Source: Epiperipatus broadwayi
Lineage: Eukaryota > Animalia > Onychophora
Assembly: GCA_028023455.1 (NCBI GenBank)
Contig: JAQFVV010000010.1
Coordinates: forward strand, 15,438,001 to 15,502,000
DNA length: 64,000 nucleotides
Direction of reading: 5' to 3'
Part shown: piece by piece, positions 52,916-64,000 of the stretch
How the letters are laid out: each line of letters starts with the position of its first letter
Position numbering within the stretch: the stretch's first letter is position 1
The notes under the pieces: generated by a model
The model's database searches: none
What the model was told of the DNA's origin: nothing
The model's input: the letters and a program-made list of their open reading frames with translations, nothing else
Made by a program: the position numbers and the translations under genes

Positions 52916-54683
52916 GTGAATAATAAAAATTGCTGAGTGATTATTATACTTTGTTTCAAATAAAGTGATTATTATTTTGGATGTCAACTATAGTAAGAAA
53001 ATGTTTTTTTTAAAAATATGGAAAATTAACATGATAGTCAGATCTGGCCCAAATATTAATAAAACCATTAATTAGACAACAAAAAAATAAAATGTATTTT
53101 CGTACAATATTTGTGGTACTTTATATCTTTCAATTTTTACATCTTGTACATAAAATTTATATAACATTTTATTTTATGCCTTTTTTTTTTTGGATAAAAT
53201 CTTTTTTTTTTTTGTTTTTTAGAAACTGATTCTTTTTGGGAGTAAAATTTTATACAAACGTTTCATTTTTTTTTAGGATACTATTGTAACATTTTTTGCA
53301 GATTAATAAAATATTTTCCTCATAAATAAATAGGAGTACTCATATACTGAATGCTAACATCATTCTGTCTGGTGTTGGTAACCAGAAGGAACCAATTTCT
53401 TATGAATATATTATGCAGTGGTGATTCCTGCATTAGTTAATTGCACAATTTTTTTGTACAAACTCAAAAAATGCCCATTTAACATAATGTACCCATTACC
53501 ACAATAGTCATTAATGAAATGACATTGGACAAAATGTAAACTGGATTAAATTTTTTGCAAGCAGATCCATTTTCTGCTGTGTAAAACAGTAATGATTCCA
53601 ATTTTAAATTATATTCAGATATCAGTTGAAAAATTCAAAAACTTAGTAATTCTTAGTAAAAAATTTCTCATAAATGCTTCAAATGAAAATATAAATAAGT
53701 TTGAACTGGATACTTTTTATCTCTAACTATTTATGTATACATAAAGGAAATTGTAAAGCATATGACAAGCATCTAAAATAAATAACATTTAATGCATTTT
53801 CTACAAGACAATATATAATTATCTCAGTTTTTTTTAACAATAACTTTTACTTTTTAAATATCTAAATGCTACTTGCAGATTTCAAAATCATTAAGTAAAA
53901 AGGCACCCTTAAAAAATTATTTAAAAATATATGATACGTGATGGCTTTCTTTCTTCAAGAGTTTATGATTCAATGAGATCTTAGGGAAATCTTTTTTAAG
54001 GATGTAGTCAAAGTTCAAAACTACATTTTTTAGGATATAACATTTCTGAGGTAAAAATAAAACTTGGTTTAGTACTGTGTGAATAAATACAATTTGGTTA
54101 TCGACAAATGAGTTGAATAAAAAAACTTAAATTATCCATTAAATTGTAAAAAAAAAAAAAACAATTTTGAAAGAAATTGTGGCTATTTAATGAAAATGAA
54201 AAAAATTTAAATCGAAAGTTATCTGATAATAGTCATTTGATAAAGCTTATTGTCATTTTTTATTGAATGTCTTATCTCTACTATGCAATATAATTATGAG
54301 ATTCAAAGGGCAAATTGTCCTTGAGATTGGATCTACATATAGATATAAATTGATGAGAGCAATTTTTCAAATTTCTTAAATCTTTGAAAGTTAAAAATAG
54401 TCAAGAGTGTTTAATATAAGTTAAAAATAGACAAATGTTTAATGTAAATTATTTTCTATCAATCACTGATGTAGTTAAGCATTGATAGCTGAACTTCTGG
54501 AGCTGTCTGAAGGTAGAAAATCCCTTTTCTTCTCTCTCTAATAACATGGAATAATTTCACAGGCAGTATGTGATAACATTATAAATAAAATATCCTTCGA
54601 AGATTAATATACTAAAACATAATTAAGTTACAAACTTGATATTTTTTTTCTACTTCTTTAGATAAATATTATAATAATTTTTA

Positions 54684-55584
54684 GAAGGGATTTGAACTCA
54701 GACTTTCAAGCTTCCTACAGTTATCCACTTCATCTTATACAGCCGATACACATGACCACATGTGAAAAAGATAAGTGATCTCCAATATATGTATTCGTGC
54801 TTAACCAGCACTGATCACTTGGTCCATTTCATCATTTCCCTCTCATATATTATCAGTGCTCAGTTTGTATTAAGATATCAAATCTTCAAACTTTAATGGA
54901 CAGGTTTCAGTCTTCTCTACTCTAACTCTTCAGCCATCCATATCATTGAAAATCTGATGATGGAATGCTCAAAGCCTTTATTGGTGCCAATATTATTGTC
55001 ATATCCATGTTGATTTTAAGTTACCCTGACCCCTCTTGTATTGGACCTTAATATTTAAATACAAATATATTGTCTATACTGAACTTAATATACTTGTATT
55101 TAAATATTACATATTTAGCCTGTGTTATGCCCATTCCTCTTCTGTATATTTAAATGGACATATTAAGGTCCTATATGTAAGGGGTCAGAGTGACTTAAAG
55201 TCAACATGAATATGACAATAATATTGGCATCAACAAGGTTAATGTTCCATCATCAGAGTTTTAATTTTATAGATGGCTGAAGAGTTGGAGAGTAGAGAAG
55301 ATTGAAGCCTGTCCATTAAAGTTTGAAGATTTGTTACTTTAATATAAACTGAGCACTGATTATATATATATGTGTGGAAAAAGATGATCTGAACCAATTG
55401 ATGAGTTCTGGTTCAGCATGAAATACTTATATTGGAGATCATGTATCTTTTTCACATGTATGTGGTCATGTGTATCGATTGTATAAGATAGAGTGTATAG
55501 CTAGCTGTAGGGAGCTCGAAAGACTGAGTTCTAATCCCTTCTAATTGCTTCAAGTTCAATATAGACAATATACTTGTATTTAAA
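54684..55584. mobile_element. Family A foldback element, large copy (about 360-bp arms)
   Basis: Mirrored arms, right-side tail also present in the centre, 14-bp TSD TATAATAATT(T/C)TTA (54670-54683, 55585-55598). Confidence 0.88.
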
Positions 55585-55880
55585 TATAATAATTCTTATA
55601 ACTAATGCTTAAAATTAAAAATCCAAATGCTTTTTTCAAATATATATATATTTCATTTCATATAAAGGCAGAAGTACAATAAATAACAGTTCATGCACAA
55701 CACAATTTTTATTTTTTAAATGGGATTAGATTTTTCATTAAATTAATAAATCGGGTTTCAAAGAATAATTATAATTTTAAAAATGTTTTCAGTGATAAAT
55801 TTTTTTTTGATGTTTATAATATCTCTTTTTAAAGACTAATAATTTTATTCAGCTATGTATACCTCTTTATTGATATAGAC

Positions 55881-56187
55881 CAAGGGTGGGCAAACTACAG
55901 CCTGTGGATCACGTGCCGCCTGTAGTTTTTTTTTTTAATTTTACCCCAAAAATGTTAAATTATTCAAATAAATATTACATACATATGTTTCCAGACATCA
56001 TCTTAAAATTGTCTGAAATAAAAAATTTGGGGAAAATCGAAAGTCTGTTTCCAATATAATCTAAATATCTCTCTATTATGAGTATCTCATATTTAGGAAA
56101 GTAAAAACATTTTTTTTTTTACGTGTGATTTAGTAAACATCTTTCAAAGTCCATTTGGCTGGAGACAGAAAAGATTGCCCACCCTCA
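55881..56187. mobile_element. hAT MITE, 307 bp
   Basis: TIR CAAGGGTGGGCAA / TTGCCCACCCTCA; TSD ATATAGAC / ATATAGTC. Confidence 0.85.
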
Positions 56188-57351
56188 ATATAGTCTGTAT
56201 ATTTTAATTCCTACCAGGAATAATGACTTGTTTGTAAAGCTATTATTTGCTGGTTAGCTATCAACATTTTAAGTTATACCATTGTTTGAATTTAAAACTT
56301 TTATTTTGTCATTCACAATTAATCATGTAGTTAAACTCTATTAATGTAAAATCCATGGTATCTGGGCTTTTTTGGATTTCTTGTAGATCTTCTATACTTT
56401 CATTGTAAGCCCAAACTCAGCAAACATGGGAGGGGGGCTGCATATTTATGAGAGTTTACTGAACACTTTTTTTCTTTAATTTTGTTTGTTAATGTTTGAA
56501 AAACTAGTGTATTTTCTGATAAAAAGTTTAAAATCTTTGTTCAAATATCTTTTAAATGTCTAATAGTCTTAATTTGTTTATTTTATTTTTGAAGAACTTT
56601 TACTGGAATTTAAAAAAAAAAAAAGAAAAAAATTCCACTAATGAAAAGGGAATCTACAAATTATATTTTTGTTTGTAAGGTGGGTGATTATAATATATCT
56701 TAGATGCTTATGCTGTAGTTCTTAAGCAAGAAATTTAAGAAACTAGCTTAACTTGGCATAAAAAAGGCATTATTATTATTTTTAATTATATATATATATC
56801 ATTGTTCATTCATTTCATTGTGAAAGACTATACAAGCAAATAAAAATACATAATTAAGCAGTTATTCTTCCATTATCTAAACTTTATTTAAACAGTACTA
56901 AAATATTTTCAAAGTATATTTTGCCCTCTCCCCACACACACATCTTAGAGCCATAGATGATAAATAGGAAGAAAGATTTCATCAAAGTATTTCCATTGTG
57001 GATGAAAAAAGCACTCAAAAATTGAGAATATCTTTATTAGAGAGCCACTATAGATTATGCCTGTAAAAGAATAAAAAGCCATTTAAAAAAATCATGGTCA
57101 AGTATACACAATTACATTAAGATTGAAGTAAAAATGGCATTTTCATTTTTCAAATGATATTTTTGTTTTTTTAAACTTTTTATGATAAAATAATAGTGAC
57201 TGGTACATGTAAGCATGATAGAAAAAGCAAGCTGTATTTGAAACACAATTTTATTGAAAATGACTTAAAAATATTTAAAATACATTGTTCACTGTTATGT
57301 AGTAATCAATAAATTTTACTAACGTAGTGTTTAGATTGTAATTATGTAGAA

Positions 57352-58135
57352 GGTGATGTGATGTAATTAGCTTCTCCTTAAACGAAATCAAGAATATCTC
57401 AGCAATTATGCCCAGATAAACCCGTTAGCCACTTTATTTTTCATTCCCCACTCTAAGTCTTCCCATATTCTGCCCCATCTCATTTCCACAACATAATCTT
57501 TGTCAACTCTATGGCCTTTATATCTAAATCCCCCTTATCTTTTCGCAAACCCAGCATAAAAACTAATAACTCACTTTCTGTATAGTCACTTTGTTCATAC
57601 CTATTTTCCCATAACTTCATTATTTGTACCCTTTCTGCTTTCAAGCATTTACATTCAATCAACAGATGCCTAATATTTTCTATACCTTCCTTACACAATT
57701 TGCACACTAAATCACCCATAGTTTTCCATTTACATGTATATTCTCTTGTTGCTAAAGATCATGTTTGAGCCTTAAACAATAAACTACTTTCCTTACTATT
57801 ATAAATTAACTCGCATCCAATATTCCGTTTACTTCTATATACATTTAAACTCTTCTTACCCTCCATACTAGTTCTCCAACTCCCTATTTTTTATTAATGC
57901 TTCTATTCTTTTATTCCATTCCTTACCACTATAACACTCAACAATCCTCCTAACACAATCATCCCACCTTTTATACAAGTATACTGATATAAATTCTTTA
58001 TCCAAATCTTTTGCATACCGCATTACCTTTCTCACCCATCTTGTTACCTGCCCTTTACTCATAACCCAATTAAACACTATTTTGGCTATTCTTTTACTAT
58101 CCATAAGGTAATCGTCCCTTCTCACTAGCGCCGTT
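57352..58135 (-). mobile_element. 5'-truncated non-LTR retrotransposon, ORF2 C-terminus with CCHC zinc knuckle
   Basis: CKLCKEGIENIRHLLIEC (zf-RVT-like) and RIAKIVFNW...TRW in two frameshifted ORF pieces. (ACATC)n-like tail near 57355. Confidence 0.8.
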
Positions 58136-59399
58136 AAAACAGTGATGTTAATACCGCAAAGGATATTCTTGCACTACTCACAGGATAGAGACAGAAAATA
58201 AGAATAATGTCTTATTTTATAAATTGTTTTGTTCATTTGGAGTAAATCACTGTCTAATGTTGAGTGAGGGAGAATATTTTGCATTGTGAAAAAAAGTGAA
58301 TTCAAAATTGTCAATGTCAGATAACGTAAAAAATGCTTCATAGAAGATGATTCAGTATTCGTAACTATGTTATGAGCAAATTTTTAGTATTTGATTTTTT
58401 TTTTTTTTTAAAAAAAAAATACAAACTTGGTAGTGGGCTTCCTGTCTTATAAAGTTTCAAATAATTTCAGATTTGGTAAATTTAAGAATACTTGTATAGC
58501 CAATTAACGAATAAATTTTATAAAGTTTTATTTTCAGAAATGGCAAGATTTAAATGAATTGTTAATTCATCACAATTGTTAAAGTGCAGAAAGGAATTTT
58601 ATATATTATACAATAATGAATTTTATAATAAAAATTTTTATTAAGTTATAAATTTATTACTCTATCAAATTTTTCAAAAAAAATATTACTTAACCTTTTT
58701 ACTATATTTTTCAAAGTTAAACAATAACTGAGTTTAATTATATAAAAAGGAATGGTGTAGCTTTCATTTATTAGTAGTAAACTAATTGTATTAATTACAA
58801 ACCTGTTATTACTTTAATCACAATTTAAAATATACAATTTTTTTTATAATATATGCTTTATAAAAATAATTTTGTAAAGTATAATTCTATCAACATTTAT
58901 TAAATCATTAAATATTTATAATTTAATTTATACATTATTTAAGTATTTGAAATCTGTGGGACATATTATTTATATGATTCAGACATTGCCTATATAAATT
59001 TAAGTCATTGTTATATCATGATTTTATTAAAATTTAGTTAAATAAAGGAACATAAGTGCTATTTGAATTTTTTTTAGATTGATTATGTTAAAAAAAAATA
59101 ATACTGATGAAATTTACTGATATGCATTTTGTCAGATTGGTAGATATTCTTTATGAAAAGATGTGAGGGGAAAATGTAATGAAAATTAAAGCAAATTTGT
59201 TTATTTTGGGTAATTTGATTAAATATTGATATTAAACCATTAAGCATCACATGATCACATTTCCTATACTAGCACATTAATTGTTGATAAACAGAGCAAA
59301 ACTCTCCATACAGTATTGCCACCTGTGCTAAACAGAGTAATCAATGGATGCCAGAAGGCTTGTGCATAAAATCCCTATCTAATGCCTACTCATCCAATA

Positions 59400-59441
59400 T
59401 CCCCAGACTAGTTTCTGGCTTGTAGCCTTCGTCAGTGAGGA
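59400..59441 (-). ncRNA. Minimal type I hammerhead ribozyme motif (downstream tandem copy)
   Basis: Reverse strand TCCTCA-CTGACGA-AGGCTACAAGCCA-GAAACTAGTC-TGGGGA. Confidence 0.8.
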
Positions 59442-59851
59442 GCTGTGGATCTGAGAGCACTGCATCTAGATCTTAGGATCTAATGCAACCCTCTAGCAAC
59501 CACCTTTTATCTCTACTTAACTACAAAACTATGAGAATGAAATTGAAAATACAAAAAATATTTTCAATCTAAGCTCAATAGCTTATATAGTCATATGGGT
59601 CTGAACTCAGTTCAGCACCCATACATTTTGGTGTCTTTGGCTCTTTTACAACCATAGCCACCACTATCCTATTAGGCAGGATTGGTGTTAAACCATTAAG
59701 CATCACCTGATCACATTTCCTATACTAGCACATTGTTGATAAACAGAGCAAAACTCTCCATACAGTATTGCCACCTGTGCTAAACAGAGTAATCAATGGA
59801 TGCCAGAAGGCTTGTGCATAAAATCCCTATCTAATGCCTACTCATCCAATA

Positions 59852-59893
59852 TCCCCAGACTAATTTCTGGCTTGTGGCCTTCGTCAGTGAGGA
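59852..59893 (-). ncRNA. Minimal type I hammerhead ribozyme motif (upstream tandem copy, stem III variant)
   Basis: Reverse strand TCCTCA-CTGACGA-AGGCCACAAGCCA-GAAATTAGTC-TGGGGA; the C15.2-to-U change gives a U-G wobble. Confidence 0.72.
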
Positions 59894-62594
59894 GCTTTGA
59901 ATCTGAGAGCACTGCATCTAGATCTTAGGATCTAATGCAACCCTCTAGCAACCACCTTTTATCTCTACTTAGCTACAAAACTATGAGAATGAAATTGAAA
60001 ACACAAAAAATATTTTCAATCTAAGCTCAATAGCTTATATAGTCATATGGGTCTGGCATCCATTGATTACTCTGTTTAGCACAGGTGGCAATACTGTATG
60101 GAGAGTTTTGCTCTGTTTATCAAATATTGATATTATTACTTTGTCACGATTATAAATCTAATATGGACCTGTTTTCGTTACATTTTGAACCATTAGCTTT
60201 TTGTACAGTATTTTACTATGAATGTTTTGTTTAAACATTCTGTGGTCATATTTTACTTGAGGATATTAGTTTAAGTCGCATTATAATATAAAACATTGAT
60301 TAAAGTTAGGTCATGTGACATCTGACTTGATTTTTTATCATTTTATAAAACATTGAATAATAATTTTTTTATTTTTTACCTTTTTTTTTTTTGATTTCAT
60401 GAGTTGTTAATGTAAGTTTTTTTTTTTTGATAAATAGAATAGTAAAATATTTTTTCCTTAATATATTTCTGGCTACTAGCCATGAAAATTGTATTCTCAA
60501 TATTTTGATAGTATCTTTATCAAATGGTCAATTCTTCAAAAAGTCCAAATTGTTGGAATATAATGCTTTTATTACTAATTTACTAAACTGAGATTTTTTT
60601 TTTCTTTTTAAACTTTTCTCAGCTTGAATTTTGAAACTAAATTATTTATTGGAAATGTATTGAGGTGAGGTGAGCTTTGTAATTTTTTCTTTTTTGAAAA
60701 ATGATTACAATAATTTTTTAATTGTATTAAATTAACTAATTATTTACTACCTATGGCAAACAATTTCCATTTACATAGGATGTTTTTTAAAAAGCCAGCC
60801 ATCTAATATGAATCTACTTTTTAATTTCTTTCAAAGAAAGGAAAGTGAAGTAAATTAAAGTAATAAGCATTAATGGTCAACATTTTTGGATTGTTTATTT
60901 GTTGGTTAATAACAGCAGAAAAGTAATATACATATGTAAATAAACAATACATGATGTTCATTTTCATTATAGTAATGCACAAAATTTCAGGTGAAAATAA
61001 ATTTAAATTATTCTACATATTACACAGAATATTGGTTATACTTATGAGATAAGGGTAGTTCATTAACCTAGTCAGTCAAATCAGCTGCAAGAGCTTTCTT
61101 TTATATGTGTAATTCATGATACATGTTATCAGACAAATTAGTCATTAAAATACATATCCATATGTTATTATAACTATAAGCTTTAACTATTGTATAGCAT
61201 ATTCAGTATTTTAGTTCTACCTTGAGATTATATATATAAAATTTTAAATTTTTTAAATCATTTTAAATTTTTAGAATTTAAAACTAGAAACAAAAACATC
61301 ATTATGAAGATCTTATATTTGTTTTTGAGAGTATTCTTACAAGTTTTTATTAAAAAATTTAATAGATAAAAAAAAAAAATGTCTTTTTTTTTAATTTTTA
61401 TAAAGTATCTTTGTTCGTTTGCATTCCATCCTGGAAATTGTAACTAATTATTTGCCAGAAACACTATGTGCCTCATTTTTCGTGTGATTCTAAAAAATGG
61501 TAAGTCATTTTTGTTTATGATCCACAGTCAGTCTGATCTAGCTTTGCACTAATGATTTATAATAACATCATTCATTTTTTCTTAGAAATTCATTGAAATA
61601 TAAAAATACTTTACGGAATATATACTATTTCAGTTATAAAAGCTGTTAAATGAGATTTAGAATTATGTAGTCTTTTTTTTCCCCCATTCATCTAAATTTT
61701 CTCATATATGTGAAAAGCAATTTTTACCTAACTTTAAATACATTATTATTAGTTTAATATTATATATATTTTATAATATATATATATATATAGCATTTTG
61801 AACTTTTTAATGATCTTTAAAAAAAGTTTGATTTAGTTATTTTCATTTCATAAATCACATTCATTGAATTTAATATTAGAACAAAAAACTTGCAACTTAT
61901 AGTAAAACAAAAAAACAGTATAAAATTTACAATTTCTTAAAAGTTTTTTTCTTATATTAATTATAATCCATAAAAAATTATAGGAATATAAATAAAACTT
62001 TAAAAATTACAGTTAGTTAAAAGTATTTTAACAATTCAAAGTTTTTATGCTGAAGTAATCGCAATTTAAAATTATCTAGTTTTCATAATTAATGATTGTT
62101 TGATCACATTTTTCCAAAAATATTTTTGTATCCCATTGTGCCATAAACGTATTAATATTTCTGATATATTGAAGGTAACACATTATGAAGTATAATATTT
62201 AACCACTTAGTGTGTTTGATTTGAAAATATATGTTCAGCGAATGTAGATGCAATTGTGTTAGCATTATGTTAATGCTGTAAACGAAATAGAAAACGGCAG
62301 CACCTTCAGTGAAAAATAAAAACTTGCATAGAGCCACAAACATGATTTATATAGTCATACGTTACCATATTGAATTTCAAAAAGCAATTATGACTATTCT
62401 GGTTAAAAGTAATCTAATCATCCTCCTTAACCCCTCCCCCCCTCTCATTATCCCATAACAATGCTTAAATAATTGCTTTATGTAAATTTTCTTTTTTCAT
62501 TGTTTTTTTTGTAAAGTCTGTTGTCAATATATATAATTAAAAAATTGTTAGCTTTGACACATGTATCTTATTAATGTTTTCAATCTCATTTCAG

Positions 62595-62706
62595 AAATTC
62601 TTGATGTAGAGGATCCTAATTCTGCTGTAGATTTACCTTACATCCTGCATGTATTATCAAATGAAGAAATTGTGGGTTTACCTCCAGGGGGTGGTCTAAG
62701 TGCCAA
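62595..62706 (+). CDS. PPM1A: PPM1A/B coding exon 3 (112 nt): (E)ILDVEDPNSAVDLPYILHVLSNEEIVGLPPGGGLSA(K); gene continues beyond the window
   Basis: TTTCAG acceptor and GTAAGT donor at 62707. The phase-1 join G+AA gives Glu. LPPGGGL is the PP2C C-terminal domain motif. Confidence 0.94.
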
Positions 62707-64000
62707 GTAAGTTTTGAATTTCAAAGGTATTCATTTAGAAATAATTAATTCTTTTTTAATATATGAGAGCATTTTTCTATTAACACAACTACATTTTATA
62801 AAGTTATACTAAAAAGATCTTTTTGCACTTTAGTCTAAAGTGATAATATATGATATTTTAATTAATACGCAATGTAACTGAATATTATACAACAAAAGCT
62901 TATAAAGTGAATACATATAATAAATAACAAACACCAGAATTTCACATGATCACCATTTCCTATGCTTACTCATCTTTGTCTTGTAAGGTTTAATATTCTA
63001 TATAAATGCAGAATTTAAAAAGTAATTAATGTTGATTTCAAAATTATAATAATTTTGAAGTGAACTTAGAATAAAAAATTATGGAAATCTAAGTGCTAAA
63101 CATGGAATTGCTAAATATCTGGTAGTGAAAATATTGTGCATATTTTATAAATGTTCTGCTTATACTATAATAATTTTAACCATAAGCCATAAAAATAGAA
63201 TTTGATAGTTGATTAATGTTGATGTCAGAAAAATGTGTAAACATTAAATTGACAAATATCATTGGCTACTGACTGACATAACAACTATGTTCCTAAGACT
63301 TTTCAGTGTTTCAATTTTGAGTAAATAAGTAGACATCTTTGTTATATTTTATGAGCTTATTATTGTTTATTATTTTGTTTGTCTTTACTAGGTTTTTTTT
63401 TTAATTATTCTCATATGCATACATACATTAATTTTATATCTTGAGTCAGAGAAATAGTTAAAACATTAATCAATATTGAAATGAAATAAAAAATCATTTC
63501 TAAAAATAGAAAGTAGTAAAATGATCGGCAGTTTAAATTCTGAATGTAATATGACTAAATCAATTATCTAAATTATTTAGTAAAATAAGGGGCCAGATTT
63601 TTGGATTGAACAACATCACAGAACAATCGGAATCTTTTACTAGTATGGACTAATCTTTTGCTCAATTATTTCGCAGGCTGTATCATATCCTATTTGCTAT
63701 TAATGATTGGAATAAGTTTTCAATTTCTAGCAGTAAAAATTTTAATTAAAAAATGAGTTTTCTATCTAGAGTATCGTCATCCGATAAAAATTACTAAGAC
63801 AGAGCCTAGTCACATTGAACAGAGTTGAAAGGACTAGCATACTTTTGCTATATCGCTTTTTGCTTAAAATGTGGAAATAAGTTTGTATATCTTTTTATTA
63901 TTTATGTTTTAGAACTTTATTCAATCTTCATTTCTAAATACATAAGTAAATCTTATATTTTGATTTTATTGAATTTTTGCAACTTTTTACAACAAATTAC

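Larger units (their letters stand above)
59235..60121 (-). mobile_element. Family B element: about two tandem 452-456 bp units plus inverted arm
   Basis: Unit starts at 59234 and 59690, inverted arm at 60055-60121, perfect 14-bp TSD AAATATTGATATTA (59221-59234, 60122-60135). Confidence 0.93.
52916..62594 (+). other. Intron (9,679 bp) between coding exons 2 and 3
   Basis: GT..AG boundaries with compatible phase. Confidence 0.88.

Noticed and set aside
59235-60121. CRISPR array or prokaryotic defence system
   Set aside because: The repeats are long units without unique spacers, and the context is a spliced eukaryotic gene with no cas or operon-like ORFs.
16753-62343. Remaining 60-110 aa ORFs rich in I/F/Y/K/L
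   Set aside because: Composition is that expected from random AT-rich DNA, with no motifs or splice-consistent homology.

Overview
AT-rich animal (invertebrate) genomic DNA, not prokaryotic. The window holds three coding exons of one + strand gene, a PP2C-family phosphatase orthologous to PPM1A/PPM1B (Drosophila alphabet): exons 10255-11097, 52798-52915 and 62595-62706, separated by introns of 41.7 kb and 9.7 kb. The gene continues past the window. The rest is a transposon graveyard: RTE and other LINE remnants, hAT transposase pseudogenes, four hAT MITEs with 8-bp TSDs, Tigger/pogo and mariner derivatives, and a mitochondrial ND2-COI insertion. The most striking signal is a set of about seven unrelated non-coding element families that share one architecture: diverging inverted arms, a 20-60 nt tail on only one arm, often a partial tandem unit, and 12-16 bp target-site duplications. 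Several carry minimal type I hammerhead ribozyme motifs. Near-canonical copies lie at 47330-47371 (+) and at 59400-59441 and 59852-59893 (-), the latter two in tandem 452 nt apart; other copies are decayed or variant. A Penelope-like GIY-YIG endonuclease remnant at about 4950-5140 suggests the mobilising machinery. The overall picture is a Penelope pseudo-LTR / retrozyme-like system. All alignments and folds were done by eye, and boundaries of decayed elements are approximate.
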